DNA of 64,000 bases from Cyclobacteriaceae bacterium (GCA_043777495.1 JAYWHU010000031.1:368-64367), one strand, 5' to 3'. Counted from the first letter of the stretch, positions 43,248-53,372 are shown. Program-made: numbers and translations. The notes: generated by a model from the sequence alone, not told the origin.

Positions 43248-43422
43248 ATTTAATGTCATAGGATTTAAGTGTGTCACTGGCAATTTCAATTCAAAATGAC
43301 TCTTTCATTGGCACACCATTGATACACCCAATGAGATCGCCCGCTACTTTATCTGTTTTGAGGTTGGAGCTCCCCCGCTCCAGAAAGCTATGTGGTTCAA
43401 ACAGATTTGTCTAAATTTAAAA

Positions 43423-44013
43423 TTACTCCTTCAACACCAAATCAATACACATTACCGCGGCCATGATCAACATCCGCAAAGGATTATCGGTTGGCACTTC
43501 TGAGCTGATCTGCAAAACATAATTATCGGCACTGGTGAAAAGTTCTTTGCCCAAGCCGCTCCATTTTTTGGTGACGGTGGCAAATTCTTTTCCATCGTTG
43601 GATACAAATTTAAAATCCCAGCTTGTCCACTTGCCTTTGAGCATACACAAGGGGCGCTCGCTGGCATCCAATACTTCAAACTTTCCGCCAATGGAAAAGA
43701 ACTTCTGTTTGAATTTTCCTATTACTGTATTTCTTTCATCCATTACCTCTACGGTTGACAAGAAAATAGAAACTCCTCTACGCACCGTAAGAATAAGTTG
43801 CCCTTCTGGCGATTTGATCTCCATGTTGAATGGAGTCATCCGCTTATAGTCTGTGAATCGAAACATTTTGGTAAAGAATCCAAGATTCTCTTCGCGGCAT
43901 TGCAGCACTACCTGCTTGGAATCTGGATCAAGAATATCAAAACTATTGGCTGCTTTGAATATCTTTACGTGTTCTTTTACGAAGAAGAGGTTTTTGTTAA
44001 GAGTAGGGTGCAT
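43423..44013 (-). CDS. phospholipid scramblase / LURP-one-like protein
   Basis: FFVKE...IG.FKQKFFSIGGKF.V...KGKWTSWDF...KKWSGLGKELFTSADNY. Confidence 0.8.
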   Translation of the reverse strand: MHPTLNKNLFFVKEHVKIFKAANSFDILDPDSKQVVLQCREENLGFFTKMFRFTDYKRMTPFNMEIKSPEGQLILTVRRGVSIFLSTVEVMDERNTVIGKFKQKFFSIGGKFEVLDASERPLCMLKGKWTSWDFKFVSNDGKEFATVTKKWSGLGKELFTSADNYVLQISSEVPTDNPLRMLIMAAVMCIDLVLKE

Positions 44014-44069
44014 TATTTTATTTTTGATTTAAGATTTGAGATTTGAGATTTTTTGATTTACTGTACGCA

Positions 44070-45611
44070 TCATATCTTTTTCAGCAAGGTTGTCATTGAA
44101 ACAGATTCTCCTACTTTTTCTTTTAATGCGCCCACCGAAACCCGCTCTTGCTTCATCGTATCACGATCGCGCAAGGTCACTGTATCATCTTGCAAGGTTT
44201 GATGGTCTACCGTAATGCAATACGGTGTGCCAATGGCATCCATTCTGCGGTAACGTTTGCCAATATTATCTTTGTCTTCATAGAAGCAACGGAAATCAAA
44301 TTTCAAATCGTTGAAGATGGCTTCTGCTTTTTCGGGCAGGCCATCTTTTTTCATTAATGGAAGAATGGCCACTTTGTGCGGAGCGAGTGCAGGTGGAATA
44401 CGCAACACTACACGCTCAGTTCCATCTTCTAACTTCTCTTCGGTATAAGACTTTGAAAGTATTGATAAAAACATCCGATCTAATCCAACCGATGTTTCTA
44501 CCACGTAAGGGATAAAATTTTGATTTTCTTCGCCATCAAAGTATTGCAATTTCTTGCCAGAGAATTTTTCGTGGCTCTTCAAATCAAAATCGGTGCGGCT
44601 GTGGATGCCTTCCAATTCTTTGAAGCCCATTGGAAAATTAAACTGAATATCGCAGGCGGCATTCGCGTAGTGCGCTAAGTTCAAGTGATTATGAAAGTGA
44701 TAATTTTCTGCACCCAATCCCAGTGTTTGATGCCAACGCATTCTTTTCTCTTTCCAGTATTCATACCACTTCATCTCTTCCCCAGGCTTTACAAAAAACT
44801 GCATTTCCATTTGCTCAAATTCGCGCATGCGGAAAATAAATTGGCGCGCCACAATTTCGTTTCTAAACGCTTTACCGATTTGCGCAATCCCGAAAGGAAT
44901 TTTCAATCGACTTGTTTTCTGTACGTTTAAAAAATTTACAAAGATCCCTTGCGCGGTTTCGGGCCGCAGATAAATTTTATTGGCATCTTCTGCCACCGAG
45001 CCCATTTCGGTAGAGAACATCAAATTAAATTGGCGCACGTCCGTCCAATTTTTAGTTCCTGAAATAGGATCGGCTACCTCTAAGTCGATGATCAATTGCT
45101 TCATGGCTTCCATGTTGCTAGTGTTCATCGCGTCTTTCAAGCGGGCATTCGTCTCGTCTATTTTTTTCTGGTACTCCACCACGCGCGCGTTGGTGGTCAA
45201 GAACATTGCCTTATCAAAATTCTCAAAACGTTTGGCTGCCTTCTCTACCTCTTTGTCAATCTTGTCTTGGATTTTGGCGATGGCATCTTCTACCAGCACA
45301 TCAGCTCTGTATCTTTTTTTAGAATCTTTGTTGTCCACCATCGGGTCATTGAAGGCATCCACATGGCCCGAGGCTTTCCATATTGTTGGGTGCATAAAAA
45401 TGGCCGAGTCGATGCCCACAATATTGTCGTGCATCATGGTCATGAACTTCCACCAATATTCTTTGATGTTGTTTTTTAGCTCTGCTCCGTTTTGCCCATA
45501 GTCATACACGGCACTGAGGCCGTCATAGATTTCGCTAGAGGGAAATACGAACCCATACTCCTTTGCATGGGAGATCACATTTTTTAAAAGATTGTCTTCT
45601 TGATTTGCCAT
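44070..45611 (-). CDS. glyS: glycine--tRNA ligase, alpha2 type
   Basis: SSEIYDG..AVYDYGQNG, YLRPETAQGIF, FRNEI, REFEQMEMQFF, anticodon domain IGKRYRRMDAIGTP. Confidence 0.95.
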   Translation of the reverse strand: MANQEDNLLKNVISHAKEYGFVFPSSEIYDGLSAVYDYGQNGAELKNNIKEYWWKFMTMMHDNIVGIDSAIFMHPTIWKASGHVDAFNDPMVDNKDSKKRYRADVLVEDAIAKIQDKIDKEVEKAAKRFENFDKAMFLTTNARVVEYQKKIDETNARLKDAMNTSNMEAMKQLIIDLEVADPISGTKNWTDVRQFNLMFSTEMGSVAEDANKIYLRPETAQGIFVNFLNVQKTSRLKIPFGIAQIGKAFRNEIVARQFIFRMREFEQMEMQFFVKPGEEMKWYEYWKEKRMRWHQTLGLGAENYHFHNHLNLAHYANAACDIQFNFPMGFKELEGIHSRTDFDLKSHEKFSGKKLQYFDGEENQNFIPYVVETSVGLDRMFLSILSKSYTEEKLEDGTERVVLRIPPALAPHKVAILPLMKKDGLPEKAEAIFNDLKFDFRCFYEDKDNIGKRYRRMDAIGTPYCITVDHQTLQDDTVTLRDRDTMKQERVSVGALKEKVGESVSMTTLLKKI

Positions 45612-45665
45612 AAGCCGCAAAGATAGTTTTTAGAAACCTGCCAATGGCAAGCGGACGGAAATTTT

Positions 45666-46961
45666 TTATGTGGGAATGGAGACTGTCATTTTTGTTCCGT
45701 TACCCAGCTGTGATTCGACAGAAATCTTACCTGACATCTTTTCAATTGTTTCTTTCACTATATATAGCCCTAGCCCCGAGCCTTTCGATTTTTCTGAGGC
45801 GCGGTAGAACATATCAAAAACCTTGGCTTGATGCTCTGGTGCGATGCCAAGCCCATTATCTTTAATCCCTATTTTTAAATCACCATTTTGTCTATTGGCA
45901 GATATTTCAATCAGGGGGTTTTCCTTGGCAGGATCATGATACTTGAAGGCGTTGCCTATTAAATTATTCAGCACCACCTTTAGTCGAGATCGATCAGATA
46001 CCATTTCTAGTTCGCTAGGTATGCTATAGATGATGTAAATGTTTTCAAAACCTTCTGCATAGCGAAGGCCATCTACCACTTCTTTCATCAACTCCATCAA
46101 ACCGAATGTGTCCTTTTTCAATTCTAGTCTAGAATTGCGTGAGTAATCAATGATCTCTTTAATGAAATCATCCAAGTTATTCACCCGCTCCTTCATCATG
46201 CCCAAACAGGTTTGTACTTCTTCGGGCTCTTCTGTCCGTTGGGCAATCTCAATCAAGCCTAGCATCGAGCTGAGCGGAGCTTTCAAATCATGCGAGGCAC
46301 TGTATACAAATCGATCTAGCTCTTGGTTTGTTTTAGAGAGTTGTTCATTCTTTACAAGGATTTCATTTTCAGAATAATGATTGACATGCAACAAAAAATA
46401 AAATATAGAAACGCTAATGATCAATGCAATAATAAAATTGGCGATAAAGGTTATGCGCACGTACTGCTCTGAATAAACCACGGCTGCCTGCTCTTGAGAA
46501 AGATGAATGAGTTTAATTTCAAAAACATAAGAAGCAATGAATAGACAGACCGACAAGAAGCAAAAAGACAAACCCAAACTTCTTTCTTGGTAGCCAAACA
46601 ACGATAATGCGGCTAGACTTGTAATGACAAAATAAATATAGGTGCCTGCTCTGTAGATATCATTTGAGGCAAACTGATACACCAACAAATTGGCCATGAA
46701 TATCAAGATAAGATTTGAAGGCGTGTATTTACCAATCCTATTCAGCCAAAAGGCAACCAGAGCGACTAGTGCAGAAGTGATATAAAAAATTTCAAAACCT
46801 GTAACACCATTGAACCGATCTATAAAATCGTAAAGAACAGACACGAGAGCGAATAAAATGCACAATTGCCCACGCAACATAGCCGATTTGTAAGTAGCAC
46901 GCGCGGCAATAAAATTACCTTTGCCAATAATGGCGTCCCTGATAGTTCCTCTCAAATTCAT
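45666..46961 (-). CDS. membrane sensor histidine kinase
   Basis: About six TM segments; SASHDLKAPL, NLIGNAFKY, DNGLGI, GSGLGL. Confidence 0.92.
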   Translation of the reverse strand: MNLRGTIRDAIIGKGNFIAARATYKSAMLRGQLCILFALVSVLYDFIDRFNGVTGFEIFYITSALVALVAFWLNRIGKYTPSNLILIFMANLLVYQFASNDIYRAGTYIYFVITSLAALSLFGYQERSLGLSFCFLSVCLFIASYVFEIKLIHLSQEQAAVVYSEQYVRITFIANFIIALIISVSIFYFLLHVNHYSENEILVKNEQLSKTNQELDRFVYSASHDLKAPLSSMLGLIEIAQRTEEPEEVQTCLGMMKERVNNLDDFIKEIIDYSRNSRLELKKDTFGLMELMKEVVDGLRYAEGFENIYIIYSIPSELEMVSDRSRLKVVLNNLIGNAFKYHDPAKENPLIEISANRQNGDLKIGIKDNGLGIAPEHQAKVFDMFYRASEKSKGSGLGLYIVKETIEKMSGKISVESQLGNGTKMTVSIPT

Positions 46962-47189
46962 AAACTAAATAGAAAAGCGGTAAAGATAATTCAAATAAGC
47001 AAGGCCAGAATAAATTTAATTGACACACTATTTAAAATCTGTTGTTACCCAAAATAAACTCGTGTTGTCAATTTAAGCTTGTAGTCAAATTTGGCTGCTT
47101 GCCATAACTGGCTACTTTTTTAATTTTGATACGGCTGTTGGACAAGTAATAATTAGAGTTTATTCTTGCTTTTATTAACTTGACCGTGC

Positions 47190-48050
47190 ATGAGCATTCA
47201 TTTCAACAAAATAGGCCTCGCTATTGCATTTTCACCTACTTCGCAGGCTCTTTTAAAGGAAGCGGCCAGTTGGGCAGTGCAGTTTAACGCACAATTGGTG
47301 CTTATGCATGTCGGTAAACATGGCGCAGAAGAAGAGGCCAAGATGCGCGAACTTATCAATTCTACTGACCTTGCAGGCCGAGAGCCCATAATTGCCTGGC
47401 GAGAAGGAAGGCCAGTGGAAGAAATACTGAAAATCTGCAGCGATGAAAATATTGACTTGCTATTGGCAGGGGCACTAAAAAAAGAAAATATTCTTCAAAA
47501 TTACATTGGCACAGTGGCACGCAAGATCATGCGAAAAGCGGATTGCTCAGTACTGATGATTCAAAACCCAAATGCGGAGAGAAAATCTATTCAAAATATT
47601 GTTGTCAATGCCGAGGATAGCCCTTACATAGAACAAGCCATAGAAGCTGCCTGCCATATTGGTCAAATGGAGAATACGCAATGGGTACACATTGCACGTG
47701 AGTTAAAACTGCTCGGCCTTGCCTTATCAGCCAGTGAGCACTGTACCGAAAACGAGTACCACGATAACATGCAAGGCATGGTGCGCGAGGAACTTGACGA
47801 AGTTGAAAAGATATTGGCTCGCATCCCTCATTCAAAATTAAAAGTAAACATCAAGGTGCTATCAGGAAAAGCAGGCTTTGAGTTAGCGCGTTTTGCTGAG
47901 CGCAAAAATGCCGACTTGCTCATAGTAGGTGCGCCTGCCCGCAGGTTCTCTCTTTTCGATCGCGTTTTTCCACACGACCTGGAATATGTTTTCGCCAATT
48001 TGCCCTGCAATTTATTAATGGTAAAACCAAGAAAGCAAACTCATGGGTAA
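47190..48050 (+). CDS. tandem universal stress protein (Usp)
   Basis: Two Usp-like domains (DLLLAG...G.VARKIMRKA.CSVL; ADLLIVG..LPCNLL). Confidence 0.82.
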   Translation: MSIHFNKIGLAIAFSPTSQALLKEAASWAVQFNAQLVLMHVGKHGAEEEAKMRELINSTDLAGREPIIAWREGRPVEEILKICSDENIDLLLAGALKKENILQNYIGTVARKIMRKADCSVLMIQNPNAERKSIQNIVVNAEDSPYIEQAIEAACHIGQMENTQWVHIARELKLLGLALSASEHCTENEYHDNMQGMVREELDEVEKILARIPHSKLKVNIKVLSGKAGFELARFAERKNADLLIVGAPARRFSLFDRVFPHDLEYVFANLPCNLLMVKPRKQTHG

Positions 48051-49275
48051 GTTAAGCCACGCAGACGTTGTGCATTTACTTATGCAGCTAAGTATCATGC
48101 TGCTATTGGGTAGACTATTATCAGAATCGCTAAGAAAGTTCAAACAGCCTGCTGTTGTTGGAGAAATCATTGCTGGTATTTTGCTTGGCCCCACTATTCT
48201 TGGCATGATCAAACCAGAGTGGTTTCATACCCTCTATCCGGTACCCAGCGCAACTGCCACAGTGCTCACCGGTTTTGTTCAAGTAGCCGTCATTATGCTT
48301 TTATTCATAGCAGGCCTAGAAGTAGACTTACATATTGTATGGCAACAAGGAAAGCAAGCACTTGCCACCAGTTCACTAGGTCTTATCATTCCATTTTCAT
48401 TTGGATTCGTTTTCCCTTACCTGTTTCCCGATTTTTTTGGAATAGCCGATCAGCATGAACAACTAACTTTTGCTCTTTTCATGGGCACGGCCATGTCCAT
48501 TTCTGCTTTACCCGTTATTGTCAGGATTTTAATGGACTTAAATCTTTTTAAATCTAAGATGGGCATGCTGGTAGTAACATCCGCCATGGTAGATGATCTA
48601 ATTGGCTGGCTCATATTTTCTGTAATCCTTGGTATGATTGGCAAGCGGGGCGATACCTTTTCAATTTTCAACACCGTGCTACTTACTATTTCTTTTGTGG
48701 GCATCATGCTTACGCTGGGCAGGGGCATATTGAATAGAATACTTCCGTGGATCAACAAAAAACTAGCTTGGCCAGGAGGAGTATTATCTATTTCATTGGC
48801 ACTTTGTTTTTTGGGCGCAGCCTTTACTGAATATATTGGTCTACATGCCATTTTCGGAGCTTTTATTATGGGTGTTGCCTTTGGTGATTCCAAACATTTT
48901 AGCGAGCGCGCCAAGGAAATCGTTCACCAGTTTATTAATAATATTTTCGCGCCTTTGTTTTTTGTTTCCATTGGGTTACGCGTCAATTTCATCACCAACT
49001 TTGATTTAGCTCTCACTTCAGCTATTGTCTTGATTGCTTTTGCAGGAAAAATAATAGGAAGTGGCTTGGGCACACGGCTGGGCGGATTCACTTGGCGCGA
49101 GTCAATGGCAGCTGGGTTTGGCATGAATGCTCGTGGCGCCATGGAAATCATTTTAGGTTTAGTGGCATTAGAAAACGGTTTGATCAATGAGCGCGTTTTT
49201 GTTTCGTTAGTAATAATGGCATTGATCACCAGCATTACTAGTGGGCCATTGATGAAGTGGGTCTTAAAAAAGTAG
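48043..49275 (+). CDS. cation:proton antiporter (CPA2 family)
   Basis: QPAVVGEI.AGILLGPT, SISALPVI.RIL, DDLIGW, GMNARG; about 12 TM. Confidence 0.92.
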   Translation: MGKLSHADVVHLLMQLSIMLLLGRLLSESLRKFKQPAVVGEIIAGILLGPTILGMIKPEWFHTLYPVPSATATVLTGFVQVAVIMLLFIAGLEVDLHIVWQQGKQALATSSLGLIIPFSFGFVFPYLFPDFFGIADQHEQLTFALFMGTAMSISALPVIVRILMDLNLFKSKMGMLVVTSAMVDDLIGWLIFSVILGMIGKRGDTFSIFNTVLLTISFVGIMLTLGRGILNRILPWINKKLAWPGGVLSISLALCFLGAAFTEYIGLHAIFGAFIMGVAFGDSKHFSERAKEIVHQFINNIFAPLFFVSIGLRVNFITNFDLALTSAIVLIAFAGKIIGSGLGTRLGGFTWRESMAAGFGMNARGAMEIILGLVALENGLINERVFVSLVIMALITSITSGPLMKWVLKK

Positions 49276-49344
49276 GTTAAAGAATTTATTTGCTCAATGC
49301 CTTCCGTTCCGTTAATTTTAAAGGAATTTATACCGCTATAAAAC

Positions 49345-49839
49345 ATGCAGCAGGCCACCATCAACAAGAAGACTTTTGAGATCACCCAAAAAGAAGGTGA
49401 GTTGACGGTTAATGGGCAGCCCTTTGTGTGGGATTTTATAAAAATCTCTGAAGGTCATTTTCATATTCTTTATAAAAACAACACCTATCGCGCAGAGATG
49501 GTGAAGCATGATGTGGAAACCAAAACGTTCACCGTCAAACTCAATGGTAAAACTCATTCTGTAAAGCTCAAAGACAAATTTGATTTGTTGCTAGAGAAAA
49601 TGGGCATTGCCGGTGCGGGCGCAGCCAAGCTAAATCACATCAAAGCCCCCATGCCGGGCTTGATCATCGACTTGAAAATAAAAGCAGGAGACTCAGTAAA
49701 AGCAGGTGATGCGTTGCTGATTTTAGAAGCCATGAAAATGGAAAACATATTAAAATCTCCTGGCGATGGCGTAGTGAAAAATGTAAAAGTGAAAAAGGGC
49801 GATAGTGTAGAGAAGAGTCAGGTGTTGGTGGAGTTTTAA
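49345..49839 (+). CDS. biotin carboxyl carrier protein subunit
   Basis: KAPMPG...LEAMKMEN biotinylation motif. Confidence 0.92.
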   Translation: MQQATINKKTFEITQKEGELTVNGQPFVWDFIKISEGHFHILYKNNTYRAEMVKHDVETKTFTVKLNGKTHSVKLKDKFDLLLEKMGIAGAGAAKLNHIKAPMPGLIIDLKIKAGDSVKAGDALLILEAMKMENILKSPGDGVVKNVKVKKGDSVEKSQVLVEF

Positions 49840-49842
49840 TTA

Positions 49843-49991
49843 GGACTTAGGCATTAGGACTTGGGACTTAGGGCTTAGTAACAAATGAAGACTGTTAACA
49901 TCCCGATAGCTATCGGGAGACAAAATGTAGAGTAACTGATAAGCTTTGGTTTATTCAAATCTAAAATCACAAATCCTAAATCTAAAATGAT
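49843..49991. repeat. two heptamer tracts flanking a perfect 18-bp palindrome
   Basis: GGACTTA-type x5 (49843), tcccgatagctatcggga (49901-49918), AAATCTA-type x5 (49957). Confidence 0.75.
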
Positions 49992-49994
49992 TAG

Positions 49995-50360
49995 ATGGAC
50001 AAAATAAAAGACTCGATATTCAAATTTCTCCGCCTCGATAACCTGATGGGCAGCCTTACAGGCTATCTTGAAACGCAGGTAGCTTTAGTGAAGTTAGAAG
50101 TGCGCGAGGAAGTAGCAAAAATACTTTCGCGTGGGTTAGTGCTTGTAACGGTGATATTACTTGCCGCTCTCTTCTTGCTCTTTTTTAGTATCGGCCTTGC
50201 TCATTATCTCAACGGTTTCTTTGAGCTTCCTTATATTGGGTATTGGATTGTGGCGGGCATCTATGGATTGCCCTGTGTGATTTTTTTACTGTTCCGAAAA
50301 CCCATTAGTCACTCCATCGAAAAATATTTTGCCAAACATATCAAACACAAAGAGAAATAG
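49995..50360 (+). CDS. YqjE / phage-holin-family (2 TM) membrane protein
   Basis: L.GYLETQVALVKLE..E plus two hydrophobic helices; core-genome context. Confidence 0.7.
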   Translation: MDKIKDSIFKFLRLDNLMGSLTGYLETQVALVKLEVREEVAKILSRGLVLVTVILLAALFLLFFSIGLAHYLNGFFELPYIGYWIVAGIYGLPCVIFLLFRKPISHSIEKYFAKHIKHKEK

Positions 50361-50361
50361 C

Positions 50362-50751
50362 ATGGAACTATTGGAAACCCAAGACCCCGAAAGAAGACGT
50401 TTGATAGAAACTTCCGATCGGCATAAGCACGAGCTGGAAAAAGAAGTGAAATCACTCTCTGACAAAACAGAAAAGACATTAAAAAATGCCCTGGTCATTG
50501 GTGGGGTATTGGCTGTAACGTATTTAGTGGTGAACCAACTTTCATCTTCCAGCAGAAAGAAAAAGCGGACGAAAGCAAAATTGGCAGTTACCAATGGGGT
50601 GGAAGACCTAATAGAAGATGAAACACCAAGTGTGTTCTCACAAATGGGAGCTAAAATTGCCGACACGGCAACCGTAGTTCTGCTCGACCTAGCGAAAGAC
50701 GCATTGGCCGAATTCTTAAAAACCAGAAAGCAAAAAGATGGCAATTCTTAA
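50362..50751 (+). CDS. hypothetical single-TM protein
   Basis: ATG 1 nt after the upstream stop; central hydrophobic helix. Confidence 0.65.
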   Translation: MELLETQDPERRRLIETSDRHKHELEKEVKSLSDKTEKTLKNALVIGGVLAVTYLVVNQLSSSSRKKKRTKAKLAVTNGVEDLIEDETPSVFSQMGAKIADTATVVLLDLAKDALAEFLKTRKQKDGNS

Positions 50752-51502
50752 AAGTTTAGAAAACCGTTTCCGCGAAGGAAAAAAATCAATTGCCGTACTG
50801 GTCGATCCCGATAAGGTAGAAGAACCCACTGAGCTAGATCCACTCATTCGGTTAGCAAGTGAAAATTGTGTCGATTTCTTTTTTGTAGGCGGCAGCTTAG
50901 TCACTACCACCAATTTAGGCGAGGTGATCAAGCACATCAAAGAGAACGTTTCTATCCCAGTCGTTCTTTTTCCAGGCAGCTCATTGCAGATAGATCCTGC
51001 CGCAGATGCTATTTTATTTCTGTCGCTCATCTCTGGCCGCAACCCCGACTTGCTGATAGGCCAGCACGTAATAGCTGCGCCCATTTTAAAGAACAATAAA
51101 ATTGAAGTGATGCCTACTGGCTACGTGCTCATCAACTCGGGCAAGACCACTTCAGTAGCTTACATCAGCAACACCACACCCATTCCTGAAGATAAATATT
51201 CATTGGCTGCATGTACTGCCCTTGCAGGAGAAATGCTTGGCCTCCGCCTGATTTATTTGGATGCGGGCAGCGGAGCGGAGCGAGAGATCAATGCCAAGAT
51301 GATTACCACCGTGCGCAAGGCCGTGAATGTTCCGCTAATTGTAGGTGGTGGCATCAACACCAGTCGCAAAGCCATCACTGCCCTAGAGGCTGGAGCAGAC
51401 CTGATTGTTATTGGCAACGCGCTAGAGAAAGACCCTAATCTACTCACCGAAATTTCTGATAAAGTGTACGATTGGAACCAGAGTGTGAAGACAGGCGGTT
51501 GA
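50738..51502 (+). CDS. geranylgeranylglyceryl/heptaprenylglyceryl phosphate synthase
   Basis: VLVDPDK, FVGGS, LFPGS, FLSLISGRNP..LIG, YLDAGSGA, VGGGI. Confidence 0.92.
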   Translation: MAILKSLENRFREGKKSIAVLVDPDKVEEPTELDPLIRLASENCVDFFFVGGSLVTTTNLGEVIKHIKENVSIPVVLFPGSSLQIDPAADAILFLSLISGRNPDLLIGQHVIAAPILKNNKIEVMPTGYVLINSGKTTSVAYISNTTPIPEDKYSLAACTALAGEMLGLRLIYLDAGSGAEREINAKMITTVRKAVNVPLIVGGGINTSRKAITALEAGADLIVIGNALEKDPNLLTEISDKVYDWNQSVKTGG

Positions 51503-51584
51503 CATTGCCTTTACATGAACATAAGAGAGGTGCCATTTTCGTCCCTCATAGTTAGTACCTAGTGCCTAATTTTTATCTTGCGCT

Positions 51585-52172
51585 ATGTTTATAGAACCTC
51601 ACATTGGCCGCAATAGCCGACAAGAGAAAAACGGATGGATCGAAGTCATCTGCGGCTGCATGTTTTCTGGCAAGACGGAAGAACTGATCCGTAGGCTCAA
51701 CCGTGCATTGATTGCCAAACAAAAAGTAGAAATCTTTAAGCCAGCTATTGATAAGCGCTATGACGAACAAAAGATTGTGTCGCACAGCGAGCGCGAGATA
51801 CGCTCTACACCTGTCAACTTTGCGGGTGATATTCTACTATTGGCTGGTGACTGCGATGTGGTGGGTATTGATGAAGCTCAATTCTTTGACGATGCAATAG
51901 TAGAAATCTGCAACAAGTTAGCCAACAGTGGCAAGCGAGTAATTGTTGCAGGACTGGATATGGATTATGAAGGCAAACCGTTTGGGCCGATGCCCAACTT
52001 ACTGGCTGTTGCCGAATTTGTTACAAAAGTCCATGCCATCTGTGCGCAAACAGGTGAGCTGGCTTCTTTCTCGTTTCGATTAACTGAAAATAAATCGCAG
52101 GTGTTGTTGGGTGAGAAGGATAAGTATGAAGCGCGGAGCAGAAGAGCTTTTTTAGATGGAATGGGTTCTTAG
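51585..52172 (+). CDS. tdk: thymidine kinase
   Basis: GCMFSGKTEEL, IDEAQFF, AGLDMDY, K.HAIC...Y..R. Confidence 0.95.
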   Translation: MFIEPHIGRNSRQEKNGWIEVICGCMFSGKTEELIRRLNRALIAKQKVEIFKPAIDKRYDEQKIVSHSEREIRSTPVNFAGDILLLAGDCDVVGIDEAQFFDDAIVEICNKLANSGKRVIVAGLDMDYEGKPFGPMPNLLAVAEFVTKVHAICAQTGELASFSFRLTENKSQVLLGEKDKYEARSRRAFLDGMGS

Positions 52173-52206
52173 CTTAAAATTTCTGAACCTCAAACGCTGA
52201 ATTGAA

Positions 52207-52875
52207 ATGCTCCACAAAACCCGCGGCATTGTTTTTCGATTCACCAAATACGCGGAGTCGTCCATTATCGTTACGATTTTCACAGAGCAGTTGGGATTGC
52301 AAACGTACATAGTTAATAGTGCGCGAAGTAAATCAGGTAAAGGAAAAATAGCATTGTACCAACCACTCACATTGTTAGAGTTGGTGGTGTACCACAAAGA
52401 GAACGCGAATATCCTTCGCATTAAAGAAGTAAAATGTTTTCATCTCTACCAAACATTGACCAGCGACTTTAGAAAATCCACTATCGCTCTTTTTTTAAAC
52501 GAGATTGTGAATAAAGCGGTGAAAGAGCAATCGCACACACAAGAGCTGGGCGATTTTCTTTTTAATTCTTTCATCGTACTGGATGGATTACAAAACAATA
52601 TTGAGAATTTTCATTTGTCATTTTTGATTCAACTCAGCCGACACTTGGGTTTTGGCGCATATAAGCCTGGTGAAATTTTAACTCCTTTCTATAATGATGA
52701 TAAGGAAGAAAAGATTTTGAATCAACTCCTTCAAGCTGATTACAACACGCCTATTCCCATGAACCAACTTCAGCGCAGAAATTTATTGGACGTGCTGCTG
52801 CGTTTTTATACCCAGCATATTGAAGGTTTTGGAGAAATAAAATCATTGGCCGTTGTTAGGGAATTAATAAATTGA
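52207..52875 (+). CDS. recO: DNA repair protein RecO
   Basis: KTRGIV....KYAESS.IVTIFT...G...Y OB fold; LYQPLT.L.L. Confidence 0.88.
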   Translation: MLHKTRGIVFRFTKYAESSIIVTIFTEQLGLQTYIVNSARSKSGKGKIALYQPLTLLELVVYHKENANILRIKEVKCFHLYQTLTSDFRKSTIALFLNEIVNKAVKEQSHTQELGDFLFNSFIVLDGLQNNIENFHLSFLIQLSRHLGFGAYKPGEILTPFYNDDKEEKILNQLLQADYNTPIPMNQLQRRNLLDVLLRFYTQHIEGFGEIKSLAVVRELIN

Positions 52876-52878
52876 ATT

Positions 52879-53325
52879 ATGACAAAATTTGAATTACCCA
52901 TCCAAGTCCGCTGGTTGGATATTGACCAGAACCGTCACTTGCTCCACTCTGCGTATTACGATTACGGAGCTACCTCACGTATCGCTTGCTTTTCGCAACA
53001 TGGATTGACCAATCTGAAATTTGAAGAACTACGCATCGGCCCCATCTTGTTTAGGGAAGAAGCAATCTTTAAAAGAGAAATAAAATTTGAAGATAAAGTG
53101 ACAGTTGATTTAGTAGTCACCAAAGCTACTCCTGATTTCTCTCGTTGGAGCATACGCCATCACATTTATAAAGAAGATAGAACTATAACAGCCATTTTGA
53201 ATATGGATGGTGCTTGGATTGATATGAGTAAGCGGAAACTGGCAGTGCCTAATGAATTTATTCAAAAAGTATTTGAGGACTTTCCGAGAGGGGAAAATTT
53301 TGAGTGGGTTGTGAAAACTAGCTAA
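52879..53325 (+). CDS. acyl-CoA thioesterase (4HBT-like hotdog fold)
   Basis: VRWLDID.N.HL....YYDY...R. Confidence 0.85.
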   Translation: MTKFELPIQVRWLDIDQNRHLLHSAYYDYGATSRIACFSQHGLTNLKFEELRIGPILFREEAIFKREIKFEDKVTVDLVVTKATPDFSRWSIRHHIYKEDRTITAILNMDGAWIDMSKRKLAVPNEFIQKVFEDFPRGENFEWVVKTS

Positions 53326-53372
53326 GCTGAATTCATCAATAGTTTATATCTGAAAATGATATACAAGAATTA

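Noticed and set aside
42964-43323. Sigma-54 promoters from TGGCAC motifs (42964, 43007, 43309)
   Set aside because: None has TTGC at the required spacing. Two are better explained as an outer inverted repeat.
49995-50751. Prophage lysis module suggested by the holin-family protein
   Set aside because: There is no endolysin or structural or integrase gene. It is a YqjE-like membrane protein among core genes.
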